Of a stretch of DNA of 61,729 nucleotides, positions 39,020 through 50,754 are shown in pieces; within the stretch, counting starts at the first letter, position 1, and each line of letters starts with the position of its first letter. The position numbers and the translations under genes are program-made. The stretch is taken from NCBI GenBank assembly GCA_051439425.1, contig JBFRWD010000172.1, positions 1 through 61,729 on the forward strand, in the 5' to 3' direction. The notes beneath the pieces are model-generated. The model searched no databases. It was not told where the DNA came from and saw only the letters and a list, made by a program, of their open reading frames with translations. The stretch is from Synechococcus sp. GTDB lineage: Bacteria > Cyanobacteriota > Cyanobacteriia > Thermostichales > PCC-7336.

Positions 39020-41053
39020 CTATGCTGCGATTGGAACCGTGAACCGGAAGGTGCTACCTAAATCTGGCCCTTCAGACTCTGCCCAAATGCGACCCCCCAT
39101 CGCTTCTACGATCTGACGACAAATGGCCAATCCCAGCCCCGTCCCACCCACCGTGCGGCGGAGCGATCGCTCCGCTTGGTAGAACCGTTCGAAAATCTGC
39201 TGCAGGCGATCGGACTCAATCCCCCGCCCGGTATCCGCCACGCTAAACATCACCTCATCGTTTCCTTGAACGTCTACCTCCACCGTCACGTGCCCGTTGC
39301 TGGGGGTAAATTTGCGGGCATTACTGAGCAATTTGCGCAGTACTTCCACCAGCCATTCCCCATCTGCAGACACCAACGGTAACTGTTCGGAAACCTCAAC
39401 TTGAATATCGAAGGCATCGTCCTGACGGGCAAAACTGCTCAATGCTAGATCCACGCATTCTTGAGGAGGTAGGGCTTCCACATGCCAATCCACCCGACCG
39501 CTCTCCAGTCGAGACAGGGTGAGAAAATCTTGTACCAGGGTTCGCAAGCGTTCGGCATCGTGAATGGCAGTATCCAACATCACCTGACGGATTTCCGGCT
39601 CCATGTCCGGCTCACTGGCTAAAGACTCCAAACACACTTGAATGGTCGATAAGGGGGTGCGCAATTCATGCCCTGTAACAGCAATCAAATCGCTTTTGGC
39701 GCTGTCCAGTTCTTCTAATTGCTGGTTGAGCTGAGTTAAGTTCTCGTATGCCTCCGCTTGAATCAAAGCTACGCCGATCTGTACCGCTACAGTCTTGACC
39801 AATTCCACATCGGCATCCACCCAGCCCAATCGTGTCTTATGGCCTTCGGCCTCCGAGACACAACGATGCAGCTCAATTGCCCCGAGCAAGCGTCCCTGGT
39901 ACACAATCGGCACCACTAGGCACGCACTGACTCCCCACTGTTTCCATACCGTCTGAAGAGAGGGGTGAAGTGTGTTGAGGGGGACATCGCTAAGTTGAGC
40001 AGCGTCCTCACTCTGTAACGCCTCAGCTAACAAGGGATTGTCCGATACCGCGATGGTTTGTCCCAACAAACTGGAAATGCCCTGCCGCACAAATTCGCTG
40101 GAAATCTCTATCGTCGTCTGTCCTTCGCGACAGCTATAGAGCAAACAGCGGCAAGCGCCCAACCCAACGCCTAACTCTCGGACAGTGAGGTCAAAAATCT
40201 CTTCAGAATCCAGAGAACGACGAATTGCCATCACAATAGTGTTGATTAATCGCTCGCGTTCTTCCTTGCGAGAGATAGCCCGATAGGCCCGCTGAAGTTT
40301 GTACTGCCCAGCCTGCAGGTAAGTCATCAACCGCTCGGAGAAGGGGTCACGGCGGTGGAGAGCGTCCTTAAGCTGACCGTGAATCTCCTCGAGCTGATCT
40401 GAATGAATAGCCAGTTGCTCGGCTAGGTCAGGACGGTAGGCGGCAATCTTGGGAAGCAACAGTTGAGCAGAGGAGATCGCCACTTCCGGCTCAAACGACC
40501 AATATCCTTCGAATTGCCTCATCGCATCCATCCCTTCCCCAGGCCGCAGTGCTTCCGTTCGGGGTTTCTCCGCACAAATCAAACAACCGGCATAGTGGCG
40601 ATCGACAATAATCAAATGCCACTCATTGGCTAGAGGGTCATTCAGGTCAAGGGCCACCCGTTCGTAAGGGACATCTTCTGCATGGAAATCGGTCTCCGGT
40701 GCGGCCAACACGTAGACACGAGCGGCAACATCGTGAATGCGAAGATAGCGTGCCGCTTCCTGGCGGTAAAATCTCTCGCGCTGAAAGTTGGCAAAGACTA
40801 AAGCATCGCCTGCTTCCGACAGCACCAAGTCTTCAAGGGCATGGCTGAGTGCAACCAGTGACGATTTGAAATAGACCTGGGGCCGCACCTGCGGACAGGC
40901 AGCAAGCAAGTCCACTAATAGTGAAGTGCGATGGGGGGCTCGATGGGGTGAAGAGGATTCGGGCCGGGAAGAGTGCTTGCGTGGCAATTTAGCAGCCTCA
41001 ACCGATACGTGCGATTTGCGATCTGAAATATTGGGATGGAGTGGGCTAGCCAA
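39020..41053 (-). CDS. DICT-GAF sensor histidine kinase
   Basis: DICT (YFKSSLVALSHALED, ANFQRERFY), GAF, HELRTPL, LSNARKF, DTGRG, GGTGLGL. Confidence 0.92.
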   Translation of the reverse strand: MASPLHPNISDRKSHVSVEAAKLPRKHSSRPESSSPHRAPHRTSLLVDLLAACPQVRPQVYFKSSLVALSHALEDLVLSEAGDALVFANFQRERFYRQEAARYLRIHDVAARVYVLAAPETDFHAEDVPYERVALDLNDPLANEWHLIIVDRHYAGCLICAEKPRTEALRPGEGMDAMRQFEGYWSFEPEVAISSAQLLLPKIAAYRPDLAEQLAIHSDQLEEIHGQLKDALHRRDPFSERLMTYLQAGQYKLQRAYRAISRKEERERLINTIVMAIRRSLDSEEIFDLTVRELGVGLGACRCLLYSCREGQTTIEISSEFVRQGISSLLGQTIAVSDNPLLAEALQSEDAAQLSDVPLNTLHPSLQTVWKQWGVSACLVVPIVYQGRLLGAIELHRCVSEAEGHKTRLGWVDADVELVKTVAVQIGVALIQAEAYENLTQLNQQLEELDSAKSDLIAVTGHELRTPLSTIQVCLESLASEPDMEPEIRQVMLDTAIHDAERLRTLVQDFLTLSRLESGRVDWHVEALPPQECVDLALSSFARQDDAFDIQVEVSEQLPLVSADGEWLVEVLRKLLSNARKFTPSNGHVTVEVDVQGNDEVMFSVADTGRGIESDRLQQIFERFYQAERSLRRTVGGTGLGLAICRQIVEAMGGRIWAESEGPDLGSTFRFTVPIAA

Positions 41054-41383
41054 CTAGTCCCAATCAAGTCAGGCTCCTATCCTGACATTTTTGCAGGCCA
41101 GTTTACGCAAATATTATTCATCCCACCATTACTTCAGCACAAATTACCGGGGGATGCGTGCTTGTCTAGCCTGTTTATCTCGTCTGCCGATCTGCAGCAC
41201 GGAGACAGATGCCTAGTGATAACGACTAGGGTCACTGCTCTTATGGATCGAGGAATAGGCAATCGCAACTTTTGCTTGGCGGATTGCCGGCAGCAAGATT
41301 GACAAGAGTGCCGATTTCTAGAGTGCGAATAGAGTTAAAGAAGCCGAACTGAGGAACCGAATAAGAGTAGGTCGGAAGCTAGC

Positions 41384-42364
41384 GTGTCATCTCAATTCCA
41401 TTCCTCTCCGAACGATTGCTACGAGGCTGTCTCAATCCCCAAATGTATGGCTGTTTTAGGGGCGGGAGCCTGGGGCCGCACTCTTGCTCAGTTAGCCAGC
41501 AAGAATATTGCCGATGTGCGAGTGTGGTCCCGCCAGGGTGACTTAGCCATCGCTGATGCCATAGCCGAAAGCGATCTCCTGGTGTCAGCGATTTCAATGA
41601 ACGGGGTTCCTAGCACGATCGCACGAGTACAGGCATATGGGCTGCCCGATCGTTGCGCAATTGTTTCTGCGACCAAAGGGCTCGATTCGGTCACCCTAAA
41701 AACCCCCTCCCAACTCTGGCAAGAGGCATTCCCACAACATGCGGTCGTTGTGCTGTCCGGCCCCAATCTTTCGAAAGAAATTAGCAATGGATTACCAGCC
41801 GCAACCGTTGCCGCCAGTCGGGAGGCGATCGCTGCGGACATCACTCAGTGGGCGTTTGCCTCGGAACGATTTCGGGTTTACACCAATGCCGATCCGATAG
41901 GGACTGAGTTGGGGGGAACTCTGAAAAATGTGATGGCGATCGCTGTGGGTGTTTGCGACGGGCTGCAACTCGGTACCAATGCAAAATCAGCTCTCATCAC
42001 TCGCGGTCTTGCAGAAATGTTGAGAATTGGCCTCCACTTTGGAGCACAGGCGGAAACATTCAGCGGACTATCGGGGTTGGGGGACTTATTGGCCACCTGC
42101 AGCAGCATGCTAAGCCGCAATTATCAGGTGGGGTATAACTTGGCCAAAGGCCGCTCTCTCAACGATATTCTGGCCACATTGGAGGGCACAGCCGAAGGGG
42201 TCAACACGGCAGGGGTGATGGTGGATCTGGCCAATCGAGAACAACTCTCCATCCCAATCACCCGCCAAGTACACAAACTGCTGCTCGGGAGGGATACTCC
42301 GCAAGCAGCAGTAGAGGCGTTAATGGAACGAGAACTCAAGCCAGAAACATGTGAGTTGCTTTAA
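41384..42364 (+). CDS. gpsA: NAD(P)H-dependent glycerol-3-phosphate dehydrogenase
   Basis: LGAGAWG, TKG, SGPN, LKNV, GLGDLLATC, SRN; start may be downstream. Confidence 0.93.
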   Translation: MSSQFHSSPNDCYEAVSIPKCMAVLGAGAWGRTLAQLASKNIADVRVWSRQGDLAIADAIAESDLLVSAISMNGVPSTIARVQAYGLPDRCAIVSATKGLDSVTLKTPSQLWQEAFPQHAVVVLSGPNLSKEISNGLPAATVAASREAIAADITQWAFASERFRVYTNADPIGTELGGTLKNVMAIAVGVCDGLQLGTNAKSALITRGLAEMLRIGLHFGAQAETFSGLSGLGDLLATCSSMLSRNYQVGYNLAKGRSLNDILATLEGTAEGVNTAGVMVDLANREQLSIPITRQVHKLLLGRDTPQAAVEALMERELKPETCELL

Positions 42365-42391
42365 GTTGGCTCGTTGATTAGAAATCGGGAT

Positions 42392-42823
42392 CTAGCGCAG
42401 ACCTTGGGCAACAGGGTCGAAACCATAGGGGAACTTGGTATAAGCACTATAGGACGCTCCGACCAGGCTGGCCCCCTCTAGATTGGCTTGATTGAGCTTG
42501 GTACTGCCCGTGATGTCAGCGCGTTCTAGGTTAACGCCTTTGAGGTCAGCACCGTCGAAGTTAGCCCGACGCATGCTGGCCCCCCGCATGTCAGCGTTGG
42601 TCAAAGTGGTTTCCATCATGTTGGCCCGACGCAAATCGACACCGCGCAAATCTGCTTCGGTCAAGTCGGAACCACGAAGATTCACAAACCACAGCTTGGC
42701 TTTGTACAGGCTGGCTCCGCGCAGATTGGAGTTGCGAAAATCGCGCTCCCCAGCGGCATATTTCTCAAGCAATTCTTCGACACTGCTAACTGCGGGCATC
42801 GGCCCCTCCCAATTTATCTTCAT
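42392..42823 (-). CDS. Pentapeptide repeat protein
   Basis: YAAGERDF followed by A(N/D)LxG repeats; C-terminal TKFPYGFDP. Confidence 0.88.
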   Translation of the reverse strand: MKINWEGPMPAVSSVEELLEKYAAGERDFRNSNLRGASLYKAKLWFVNLRGSDLTEADLRGVDLRRANMMETTLTNADMRGASMRRANFDGADLKGVNLERADITGSTKLNQANLEGASLVGASYSAYTKFPYGFDPVAQGLR

Positions 42824-42937
42824 AAACGCAATATTTTGTCATGCTTTTTAATGCATGTGACCTTATTAAATCACCAACCGGCCCCGCTGCAGAATCTCGC
42901 ATACGTAAGGGCTAGGAGTGTGAGAAGGGAGACCCAT

Positions 42938-43285
42938 CTAGAGTGCAGTTTCTGCAGAAGCAGCATCGTCTTCAAATTGCTCCCCCCATTCGTGCATGGC
43001 ATCTAAAACGGGTTCTAAGCTGCGACCTTTTTGGGTCAAGGAGTATTCCACTTTGGGAGGAACCTGTTTGTACACCTCCCGATGGATGATTCCATCCGAC
43101 TCCAGCTCGCGGAGTTGTTGGGTCAGCATCTTCTGCGTAATGCCAGAGATTGCACGATGCAATTGGTTAAATCGACAAGTCTCGATGAACAGCTCTCTCA
43201 AAATGAGGACTTTCCAGCGTCCGCCGATCGCTTTCAGAGTGGCTTCTACAGGACAGGATGCTTTATCGCGTTCGGGTGCCGCCAT
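42938..43285 (-). CDS. HxlR-family wHTH regulator
   Basis: [36 protein letters not shown]. Confidence 0.92.
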   Translation of the reverse strand: MAAPERDKASCPVEATLKAIGGRWKVLILRELFIETCRFNQLHRAISGITQKMLTQQLRELESDGIIHREVYKQVPPKVEYSLTQKGRSLEPVLDAMHEWGEQFEDDAASAETAL

Positions 43286-43495
43286 CGTCTAAATCCCTAG
43301 CAACTCGCTACTAATCCAAGTTGAGCTAGCCCAAGTTGATTGTGCTCTATTAGTTTCTTTTTGGTAAGTACCTCACCAAATAGTGCATACTTCCACAGGA
43401 AGAGGTACACCTATAAAATTAACTCATAGCGAATCACGTCCTGAATCTGCAGATTTCCGAAGACCAAGTCGCTGTTGTCTTGAGGAAGAATCATT

Positions 43496-43732
43496 ATGAG
43501 TCAGCCCGTTATCGCCGACCGTATGCCAGCGATCGTAACTCTAGAACCCGGTACTTATTACTGGTGTGCGTGCGGCCAGTCTGCAAAGCAGCCATTTTGC
43601 GATGGAAGTCATGCAGGTACAGACTTTACACCTCTCCAGTTCACACAAGATAGTCAGTCTCAAGTGGCATTATGCAACTGCAAGCACACGAGCAATCCTC
43701 CCTACTGCGATGGGGCACATGCCAAGCTTTGA
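43496..43732 (+). CDS. CDGSH iron-sulfur protein (two domains)
   Basis: WCACGQS..PFCDGSH and LCNCKHT..PYCDGAH. Confidence 0.92.
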   Translation: MSQPVIADRMPAIVTLEPGTYYWCACGQSAKQPFCDGSHAGTDFTPLQFTQDSQSQVALCNCKHTSNPPYCDGAHAKL

Positions 43733-43848
43733 CGGCCTCATTTTTGGGTTTGGAAGCTGACACTGTAGACAAGTATTCCAGCACTTTTTCGCTGGCAAAC
43801 CGCGAATGTATGCGTTTGTTTCCCTCATCTTGAATTAGGAGAATATCC

Positions 43849-44547
43849 ATGATTACCATTCGTAAATCTAGCGATCGCGGCCATGCTAACTTTGGCTGGC
43901 TAGACTCCTACCACACATTTTCGTTTGGCAATTATTACGATCCCGAGCACATGGGATTTCGCTCGTTGCGCGTGATAAACCAAGATCGAGTCAACGGAGG
44001 CGGCGGTTTCGGCACTCACGGGCACAGGGACATGGAGATTATTTCCTACGTTCTTTCAGGCGCTTTAGATCACCAGGACAGTATGGGAAATGGATCGACA
44101 ATCGTGCCGGGAGATGTGCAGCTCATGACCGCAGGGACGGGAGTCAGGCACAGCGAGTTCAACCACTCGGATAGCGATCCAGTTCGCTTTCTGCAAATTT
44201 GGATCGAGCCCGATCGAGTGGGGTTGGAACCCAGTTACGAACAAACCCGCTTTTCGAGGGAGGACAAGCTCAACCGATTGCGGCTCATCGCCTCTCCCGA
44301 TGGCCGCGATGGCTCTGTAACCATTCACCAAGACGCTAATATCTACGCCACGGTCTTGGAGGTTAATCGCTCTCTTGAGTACCAATTACCCGATGGGCGG
44401 TACGGTTGGTTGCAGGTGGCTCGCGGGAGCGTCAAGCTCAACGGAGTCGAACTCTCGACAGGGGATGGCGCAGCGATCGCTGCTGCTAGCACCGTAACTC
44501 TACACGCCTCAGAAGAAGCCGAACTCCTCTTATTCGATCTGGCTTGA
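43849..44547 (+). CDS. Pirin family protein (YhhW-like)
   Basis: [43 protein letters not shown]. Confidence 0.93.
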   Translation: MITIRKSSDRGHANFGWLDSYHTFSFGNYYDPEHMGFRSLRVINQDRVNGGGGFGTHGHRDMEIISYVLSGALDHQDSMGNGSTIVPGDVQLMTAGTGVRHSEFNHSDSDPVRFLQIWIEPDRVGLEPSYEQTRFSREDKLNRLRLIASPDGRDGSVTIHQDANIYATVLEVNRSLEYQLPDGRYGWLQVARGSVKLNGVELSTGDGAAIAAASTVTLHASEEAELLLFDLA

Positions 44548-44548
44548 T

Positions 44549-44587
44549 CCAACAAGCCCTGCACTTTCTAGTGGCGGGGCTTGTTGG
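44549..44587 (+). terminator. Hairpin after pirin
   Basis: CCAACAAGCCC ... GGGCTTGTTGG. Confidence 0.6.
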
Positions 44588-44812
44588 CTCCGTAAGTGAA
44601 GTGTTACGACTACTACCTACATTGTGCGGCCATCGTGACCTTTGCTCCCATCGTTCCAAGCTGCTTATCTCGATGCGTTCAGAAAATCCCACATGCTTAA
44701 ATAATCGGGAGAACATGGACTAGGTAGAACGCTGAGAAAACGTATGCGATTGATAGATAATTTGCATCTCAAGAGCTTGGGGGTGTGCTTAAACGACCTG
44801 AGTTCGATAGCC

Positions 44813-44850
44813 CACACCCCCAGCCCCTCTCCCACATTGGGATAGGGGGA
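44813..44850. repeat. Small dispersed hairpin repeat
   Basis: cacacccccagcccctctcccacattgggatagggggga-type; related to 24733. Confidence 0.55.
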
Positions 44851-45364
44851 AAGAGGCTTCAAATCCTAATGGTTTCGTTGTACAGCGAAGGACTGATTCA
44901 ACTCAAACTGCTCTGTCGAGCTAATGTTTAACGACCACCATTCTTTATATATCTATTCGATTTTGAGAAGCATCAGGAGCATAAAATCGGCAATACAACA
45001 GTCACTCATTCAGATGACTTCTACATATTTCTAACTCAATGGACTTGCTTCTAGGCATGCTGCTGAACTTATTTTTTCTGCAAAAAGTTCAAGACGTGAA
45101 CGAGGTCTGTAAAGTTAAGTAATTTCTTCAGTTGTTTACAATTCACTTTTCCATCTTTCCTAAAAAATGAGACGGAATAGTCAATTCTGAAATCTTAGAA
45201 CTGAAAGGCATTTCCGATTTTTCGTGAGACCAGTGTAAATTTTTGCGCTTCAATGAAATTTCTATAAAGATCATTGGCTGCTTGATTCAATAGACAACAC
45301 TCAATCGAGCTGTTCTACGTATTAGCACTTAACAGCCTGATTTTTCTGAAAAGATGACGATGCT

Positions 45365-45820
45365 TTGTTGGTAGAAAAAGGGAACGGTATTAATACGAGG
45401 TTCAGGGAAATTATGGGTTTCTCTAGTGCCTTTTCATACGATTTGGAGAAAGCCGTGTTTCGTCTGAAAACCCTAATTGCGACTGTGGCCTTATCTGCCA
45501 TTGCTTTTGCAGGCGCTGCTGTAGAGGAAGCTAAAGCCCAAGATCGAACTCTGTGGTTATACAACGGCGGAGCTGGTACGGTCGAAGGCGCCTTCTACAG
45601 TGGTGAGGCTATCTATGGTAGCTGTGACGGCGATTGCTTCGACTTGGATTTAGCAATCTACGACTATAACGGCAATTTGCTGAGCTACGATACGGCATAC
45701 GATGCATTTCCTATTGTAGTGGCTCCCTATGATGGTTATTTTTACGTAGAAGTCACTATGCCCAATTGTTCCCACCCAAGTGGTTGCCAAGTATGGGTAA
45801 GCTCCGACCACGGTTTCTAG
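45365..45820 (+). CDS. Small secreted hypothetical protein (PPC-like beta domain, four Cys)
   Basis: Signal LIATVALSAIAFAGA; CDGDCFDLDLAIYD; true start probably downstream. Confidence 0.65.
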   Translation: MLVEKGNGINTRFREIMGFSSAFSYDLEKAVFRLKTLIATVALSAIAFAGAAVEEAKAQDRTLWLYNGGAGTVEGAFYSGEAIYGSCDGDCFDLDLAIYDYNGNLLSYDTAYDAFPIVVAPYDGYFYVEVTMPNCSHPSGCQVWVSSDHGF

Positions 45821-45872
45821 ACTGTCGAAACTGTAACGTTTGAGTTCTTCTATGGCTTCAGATTAACGGGGC

Positions 45873-47807
45873 TCAAGCCTGTTTCAGAAACGCCTCGTAC
45901 CGCTGACTTAAGGACTCCGAGCTACCCTTTTGCTGCCAATGCTCCGCTACCGCGCGACCGAATGCCCAGGCATCGCGATCCGGTGAAGTGGAGTTTTTTA
46001 CAATCAATGGCCATAGCTCCACAAGATTCACGGAGGCTGATTGGCGATCGCCCAAAATCCCAAACAACTCGTACGCCATCTGCACCTTGCCGATCGCCCG
46101 TGGCAACACCTCGACCGGAATTTCTGTAGCCAAAAGATGGGCAAGGGCGGGAGACCCCGTCACGAGTGTAGATAGAGCTTGCAAAATCGGGCTTTTCAAA
46201 AAGGTGGCTAGCCCTTGGGTTGTAGCCATCTGAAAGCGATAGCGCTCGATGACGTTAGCGGCAGCGAGCGCCTTGGCTTCTCCATCCTGCAAAAATTGCG
46301 CAAGACGAGACTGCTTGACCGGATCGATTTCCTCCACCAAAGCCACAGAAAGTTCGTCAACCCCCCATGCCTCCCGTTGCTTAGACAGATCGCCATTGAC
46401 CATTGGCAACATTAGCTCGCAAAACTCTCCCAATTGCTCGATCCGATACGCAATCGCCTCTCGAATAGCCCGTTCTTTGGGGCGAGAGCCTTCTCTCCAG
46501 TCGTAAGGTGGCTCCCACTCCCGTAAGGGGCGCAATCGATCCACCTGCGTGACCACTGCGATCGCCGATAAATCTGGCTGCTGTTGTGTCACATCCTGCA
46601 AAAACTGGGCATCTGCTTGCAGCGACGGATCGAGGGCAGGATTGACCAAAACTAGAACATCAACGCTGCAAGCATAGTCCAACACCAGTTGTCTGTAATC
46701 GCTGCGCTCTGCTTGCTCGTATCCTGGCGTATCCCATAACACTAGCGAGTTTCCCTCGGCAGATGTCCATTCGTAGGTTTGAATGGCATCGGTACTGGGC
46801 AACACATCTACCTCTGCCAGATCGGTAGAAAACAGAGAATTTATCAGGCTACTTTTACCTGCCCCCGTTCGTCCCACAATCAAAATATTGACTGGCTCAG
46901 CTGTGACAGCTTCCTGCGAGTCAGCATCTATCAATATGTCTTTTAGCGTCAGCGTTTTGGCATCGGCGATAAACGAACCGAAACTGTCTAGGGAGATGGT
47001 TTTGTCGCCGTAGAGGGAGATCGCCTGCTGGCACAGATTTCTGAGGGCGGTTTCCCGCAGCAGTTGGCTGAGATTGGCGGCTAATTCTTGATTGGCTTTT
47101 TCGGATGAGGAGCGACCTGCTTCTTTCGCCAATGCTGCAACCGGATTGAGAATCCATTGCGCCCAGCCCCATACCTTGAGGACTCGACGAGCAGTTGGTT
47201 CCAACTGCCGGTAGGTCTCGTATCCTCGATAGACTTGACCAACCGTGACCTGTCCTAACAGGGGCTGTAACTGCTGCATCATGCGATCCATATCGTCTAC
47301 AGTGCCGCGAATTAATCCGTAGGCCTGTGGAACGTAGATGTTGAGAAGTGGATACTTGGCATTGGGGTGGTAGATCCGGGAGATCCCTTCAACTAACGTT
47401 TGGCAACGCAACCAAAACGTTGCCCAATCCTCCCAAACAGCTCGATCCTCTCGGGAGGCTTTGATCGCTGCCTGCAATTCTTCCTCAACTCGAACAACGG
47501 CTGCAGCTTGCTCGTCTGTGCTTGGAGAGTTTGATGCTGCAAGCGCCTGTTCGCTATCAGGTAACGGTGATTGAAAGTCCTGTAATTGTTCGAACAGTTG
47601 CTCCAGTCGGTCATCCTGTGGACGAGTCCATCGCACCAGCAACCAGCGCCATCCCAATAGGCTCAGGGCAATTGGCCCCCAAACCCAGCTGATACCCCAT
47701 TGATGGATTTGCCATCCGGCAGATATCAGCAAAAAAACGGCGATCCCTACAATAGGCATTGCCGTCATCCACCACTGCCACCATTTCCAATGATTCACCT
47801 GCGCCAC
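45873..47807 (-). CDS. Membrane-anchored P-loop GTPase family protein
   Basis: Two N-terminal TM; GRTGAGKSS, WDTPG, TQVD. Confidence 0.85.
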   Translation of the reverse strand: MAQVNHWKWWQWWMTAMPIVGIAVFLLISAGWQIHQWGISWVWGPIALSLLGWRWLLVRWTRPQDDRLEQLFEQLQDFQSPLPDSEQALAASNSPSTDEQAAAVVRVEEELQAAIKASREDRAVWEDWATFWLRCQTLVEGISRIYHPNAKYPLLNIYVPQAYGLIRGTVDDMDRMMQQLQPLLGQVTVGQVYRGYETYRQLEPTARRVLKVWGWAQWILNPVAALAKEAGRSSSEKANQELAANLSQLLRETALRNLCQQAISLYGDKTISLDSFGSFIADAKTLTLKDILIDADSQEAVTAEPVNILIVGRTGAGKSSLINSLFSTDLAEVDVLPSTDAIQTYEWTSAEGNSLVLWDTPGYEQAERSDYRQLVLDYACSVDVLVLVNPALDPSLQADAQFLQDVTQQQPDLSAIAVVTQVDRLRPLREWEPPYDWREGSRPKERAIREAIAYRIEQLGEFCELMLPMVNGDLSKQREAWGVDELSVALVEEIDPVKQSRLAQFLQDGEAKALAAANVIERYRFQMATTQGLATFLKSPILQALSTLVTGSPALAHLLATEIPVEVLPRAIGKVQMAYELFGILGDRQSASVNLVELWPLIVKNSTSPDRDAWAFGRAVAEHWQQKGSSESLSQRYEAFLKQA

Positions 47808-47892
47808 CTTGAGTCGAAACGCTCGACTTCGAGATACCTCGTGATGTTAGAGCCCGTTTAGATCGGACGACTCATCAAGACTTTTCTAGCAA

Positions 47893-48789
47893 ATGTTCGG
47901 ATTCTACGTAATTACCGCAGGCTTGGGTAAGAGGAAAAGGGGCCATCTCCGTATAAACGCGACCATCGGCCGTTTGGTCGCTATTAGATTGCGCAAAGAT
48001 ACGCAAGTGGTCGTGGGGCCAGTTACATTATCTTGTCTGCAACTCGGTACGACAGTGCCTGCCAGCTTACCTATCCCGGACAGATGTATGACTGCCATTC
48101 CGATCGAACTCACCAGCCCACGGTCCCAGCATCACGTTACCGATCTCAATATCTCCAGTAACGGAATTTTTTCAGGTTCGGGCATCAGTTTGAAGGTATG
48201 GAAGAAGCTGTTTAAATTTGACGATTCCTCATGGTACGGCACAACTTACGGTGGTGATGCCGCAGGGTTCATTGCGATATCCGCACCGCATATCTCGTCC
48301 CCCAAAAAGCAACTGATGTTGGCCAGCGATCGCCAAGATGCCGATACCGTCTCGATCAATATTGCAGGCTCCGGAATTTCGGCCCTCACTCACGTAGAAC
48401 TGAGTCAGTGCGAGCTTAAGGATGCAGAGCGATTCGATTTAGAAGCGATCGATCGCGATCGAAATATCCAAAACTGGATATCGACACAAGATGATTTCAC
48501 CTTTGCCTTTCCCGCTCGTGCAAATCCCCTCTGTGATGCCATCCGAATCGTGTTAGGAGTTCATCAATATAACTTAGGGGTGACCCTTACCGAGTCCAAA
48601 GAAATCGAGCTGGCCGATCATCTGGAATACCTGTTGGCCCGCTACAGCAATATTCGAGTGTTCTCCGATCCCGAACGCAAGGAAATCTCTGTAACCTTTG
48701 GATTCACCTCAAGCCAGTTCTTCAAGCGCCTCTTCGGGATCGAAGATTCGGTCACGCAGGTTCTGTACAGCAACCATTTGAACGGCTAG
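47893..48789 (+). CDS. Hypothetical protein (start possibly ATG 48088)
   Basis: Long ORF with no recognised motif. Confidence 0.55.
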   Translation: MFGFYVITAGLGKRKRGHLRINATIGRLVAIRLRKDTQVVVGPVTLSCLQLGTTVPASLPIPDRCMTAIPIELTSPRSQHHVTDLNISSNGIFSGSGISLKVWKKLFKFDDSSWYGTTYGGDAAGFIAISAPHISSPKKQLMLASDRQDADTVSINIAGSGISALTHVELSQCELKDAERFDLEAIDRDRNIQNWISTQDDFTFAFPARANPLCDAIRIVLGVHQYNLGVTLTESKEIELADHLEYLLARYSNIRVFSDPERKEISVTFGFTSSQFFKRLFGIEDSVTQVLYSNHLNG

Positions 48790-48966
48790 TCCTAGCAACA
48801 ACTTGCACTCTGTTCGATCGCACAGGGTAAACTTAATCGGCTACTCACATCTGAGCTGAGAGTGGAGGCATGTAGAGCTGAAAGGTGTCCCCCGACAGGT
48901 TCATATCGTGATGATGAATCAAGTCCCTGCATTGGCCTGGATTATTGAGTTCCCACGTGATGAGTA

Positions 48967-49212
48967 TCACTCAGTGCTCCGTCCCTCTTTTGCTAATGTA
49001 CTGATGGCCACGGTAACGCGATCTCCCCGGCGAAAAAGAAAAAACTCATCCGCTTCACAGAGGATTTCCATTGGCAAACCGTGAACTTGATAGTTGAAAT
49101 CGATCGCTGCAACGATGTCCGGTCGCTTGGAAAGATTTAAACCGGCGATCGAGATCGACGCCGTAACGGGATTCGTTGTCATCGGAATAGATCGACGGTA
49201 CGCCACAATCAT
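48967..49212 (-). CDS. Possible small hypothetical protein
   Basis: 81-aa ORF with protein-like composition; no motif. Confidence 0.35.
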   Translation of the reverse strand: MIVAYRRSIPMTTNPVTASISIAGLNLSKRPDIVAAIDFNYQVHGLPMEILCEADEFFLFRRGDRVTVAISTLAKEGRSTE

Positions 49213-49658
49213 GGCCCGGAATATAAGCAGTCTGCTGTAAGGCCTAGAGTCGGGAGACAGCTCAAAGCTTTAATCCACAAGGAGAGAGATTGGATATCTT
49301 TCCATCGCGAATTGCCTAGCGCAACATATGAGTTCCCCCGTAGAGGCGTGGCGTTCACTTGAGCCAGATGTTCGCAGCTTTGTGCTTGGGCACTCTTTGG
49401 GAAATGGCATTGGCTTGGCTCGATTTTTCCAGAGAGGGGAGCGGGGATTGCAGCCGAGCCGCTGATATCAATCGACTTTACCGCGCAGATCTCCCTCAAA
49501 TCTTGCTACCTTCGATAAGACGGCATCAGGAGCTCTGATTGGCTAAGACAGAACAGAATGGGTTTCATCGCCGGAACTGCAATCGTTCTGCGAGCAGTCG
49601 CAGTACTCATTCTGAAATTGACAGCTTTCCATCTGAAACCGGCTTCCGCTCTTTCAAC

Positions 49659-50390
49659 ATGCAAGCGGCACAGCTGGCTGGGGCCGATCTGCAAGGGGAA
49701 AACTTGGCAGGGGTGGATTTGTGCGGAGCCAATCTCAAGGGAGCTAACCTATCGGGAGCCTCTCTTGCAGGAGCTATTATGGCAGACACCAATCTGGAGG
49801 AAGCCATCCTCAAGAGCGCCGATTTCAGCGGAGCCTGCCTGCATCAAGCGTGTTTGAGAGACACCGATTTAACATTGGCCAATGTAGAAAATGCCGATTT
49901 GAGTGGAGCTAATCTCAGCCAGGCAATTGCAACGGGAGCTAATTTTGCCGGAACTATTTTGCAAAACGCGAACTTAAGCGAACTCAATGCGATAGGAACA
50001 TCATTTGCTGGAGCGAACTTACGACAAGCTGATTTAAGTTGGGCTCTATTGCAGCGGGCAGATTTGAACCATGTGAATGCGATCGCTGCGATCGCATATC
50101 AAGCTGACTTGAGCCGTGCCAATTTATTTGAAGCAGAATTCATTGGCGTAGATTTGCATGGAGCGAATTTACAGCGAGCCAACCTAGCGCGGGCTCACCT
50201 TCTGCGCGTAAGCCTGTTTGCTGCTAATCTTCAAAATGCCGATCTATTTTCTGCCGATTTGACCGGAGCAGACTTGCGGAGAGCGAACTGTATTTCAGCG
50301 AACTTCGAACGAGCTGTCCTGACAGATGCGAAACTGATCCATGCCACCACAGTTAATGCAACTGGGCTCTTTACGTCTGAAGATATTTGA
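49659..50390 (+). CDS. Pentapeptide repeat protein
   Basis: Continuous A(N/D)LxG repeats from MQAAQLAGADL; track ORF begins at 49539. Confidence 0.85.
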   Translation: MQAAQLAGADLQGENLAGVDLCGANLKGANLSGASLAGAIMADTNLEEAILKSADFSGACLHQACLRDTDLTLANVENADLSGANLSQAIATGANFAGTILQNANLSELNAIGTSFAGANLRQADLSWALLQRADLNHVNAIAAIAYQADLSRANLFEAEFIGVDLHGANLQRANLARAHLLRVSLFAANLQNADLFSADLTGADLRRANCISANFERAVLTDAKLIHATTVNATGLFTSEDI

Positions 50391-50754
50391 AGTGTCAAGA
50401 TTAATTTTTTTTGGAAAAAGCTGAAGAGAAATCTGCACGTTTTCGCGAGAAGCAGAAACATGGTGACATGTATGTTACGGGCTCGATACCTTTCTTCTTT
50501 TTGCGTTGGAAAAGAGGCTGTGATTACGTTTTACTGTGAATATCTATATGTCAGGATGCCGGCCAGGATTTCATTGCGCGAATAGTTGCAAATAAATATC
50601 AAGATTGTTTTTTTGACAAGAACTACGAATTTCAACTCTTAATCATTTTCATGATTATCGACGACTTTAGAATGGGCATAGGCGAGGACATTATTTGTCT
50701 TTCACTTTCCCTCGCTTGTGTTTTTCTCAATTGACTCACTAGTGGAGTTTATTT

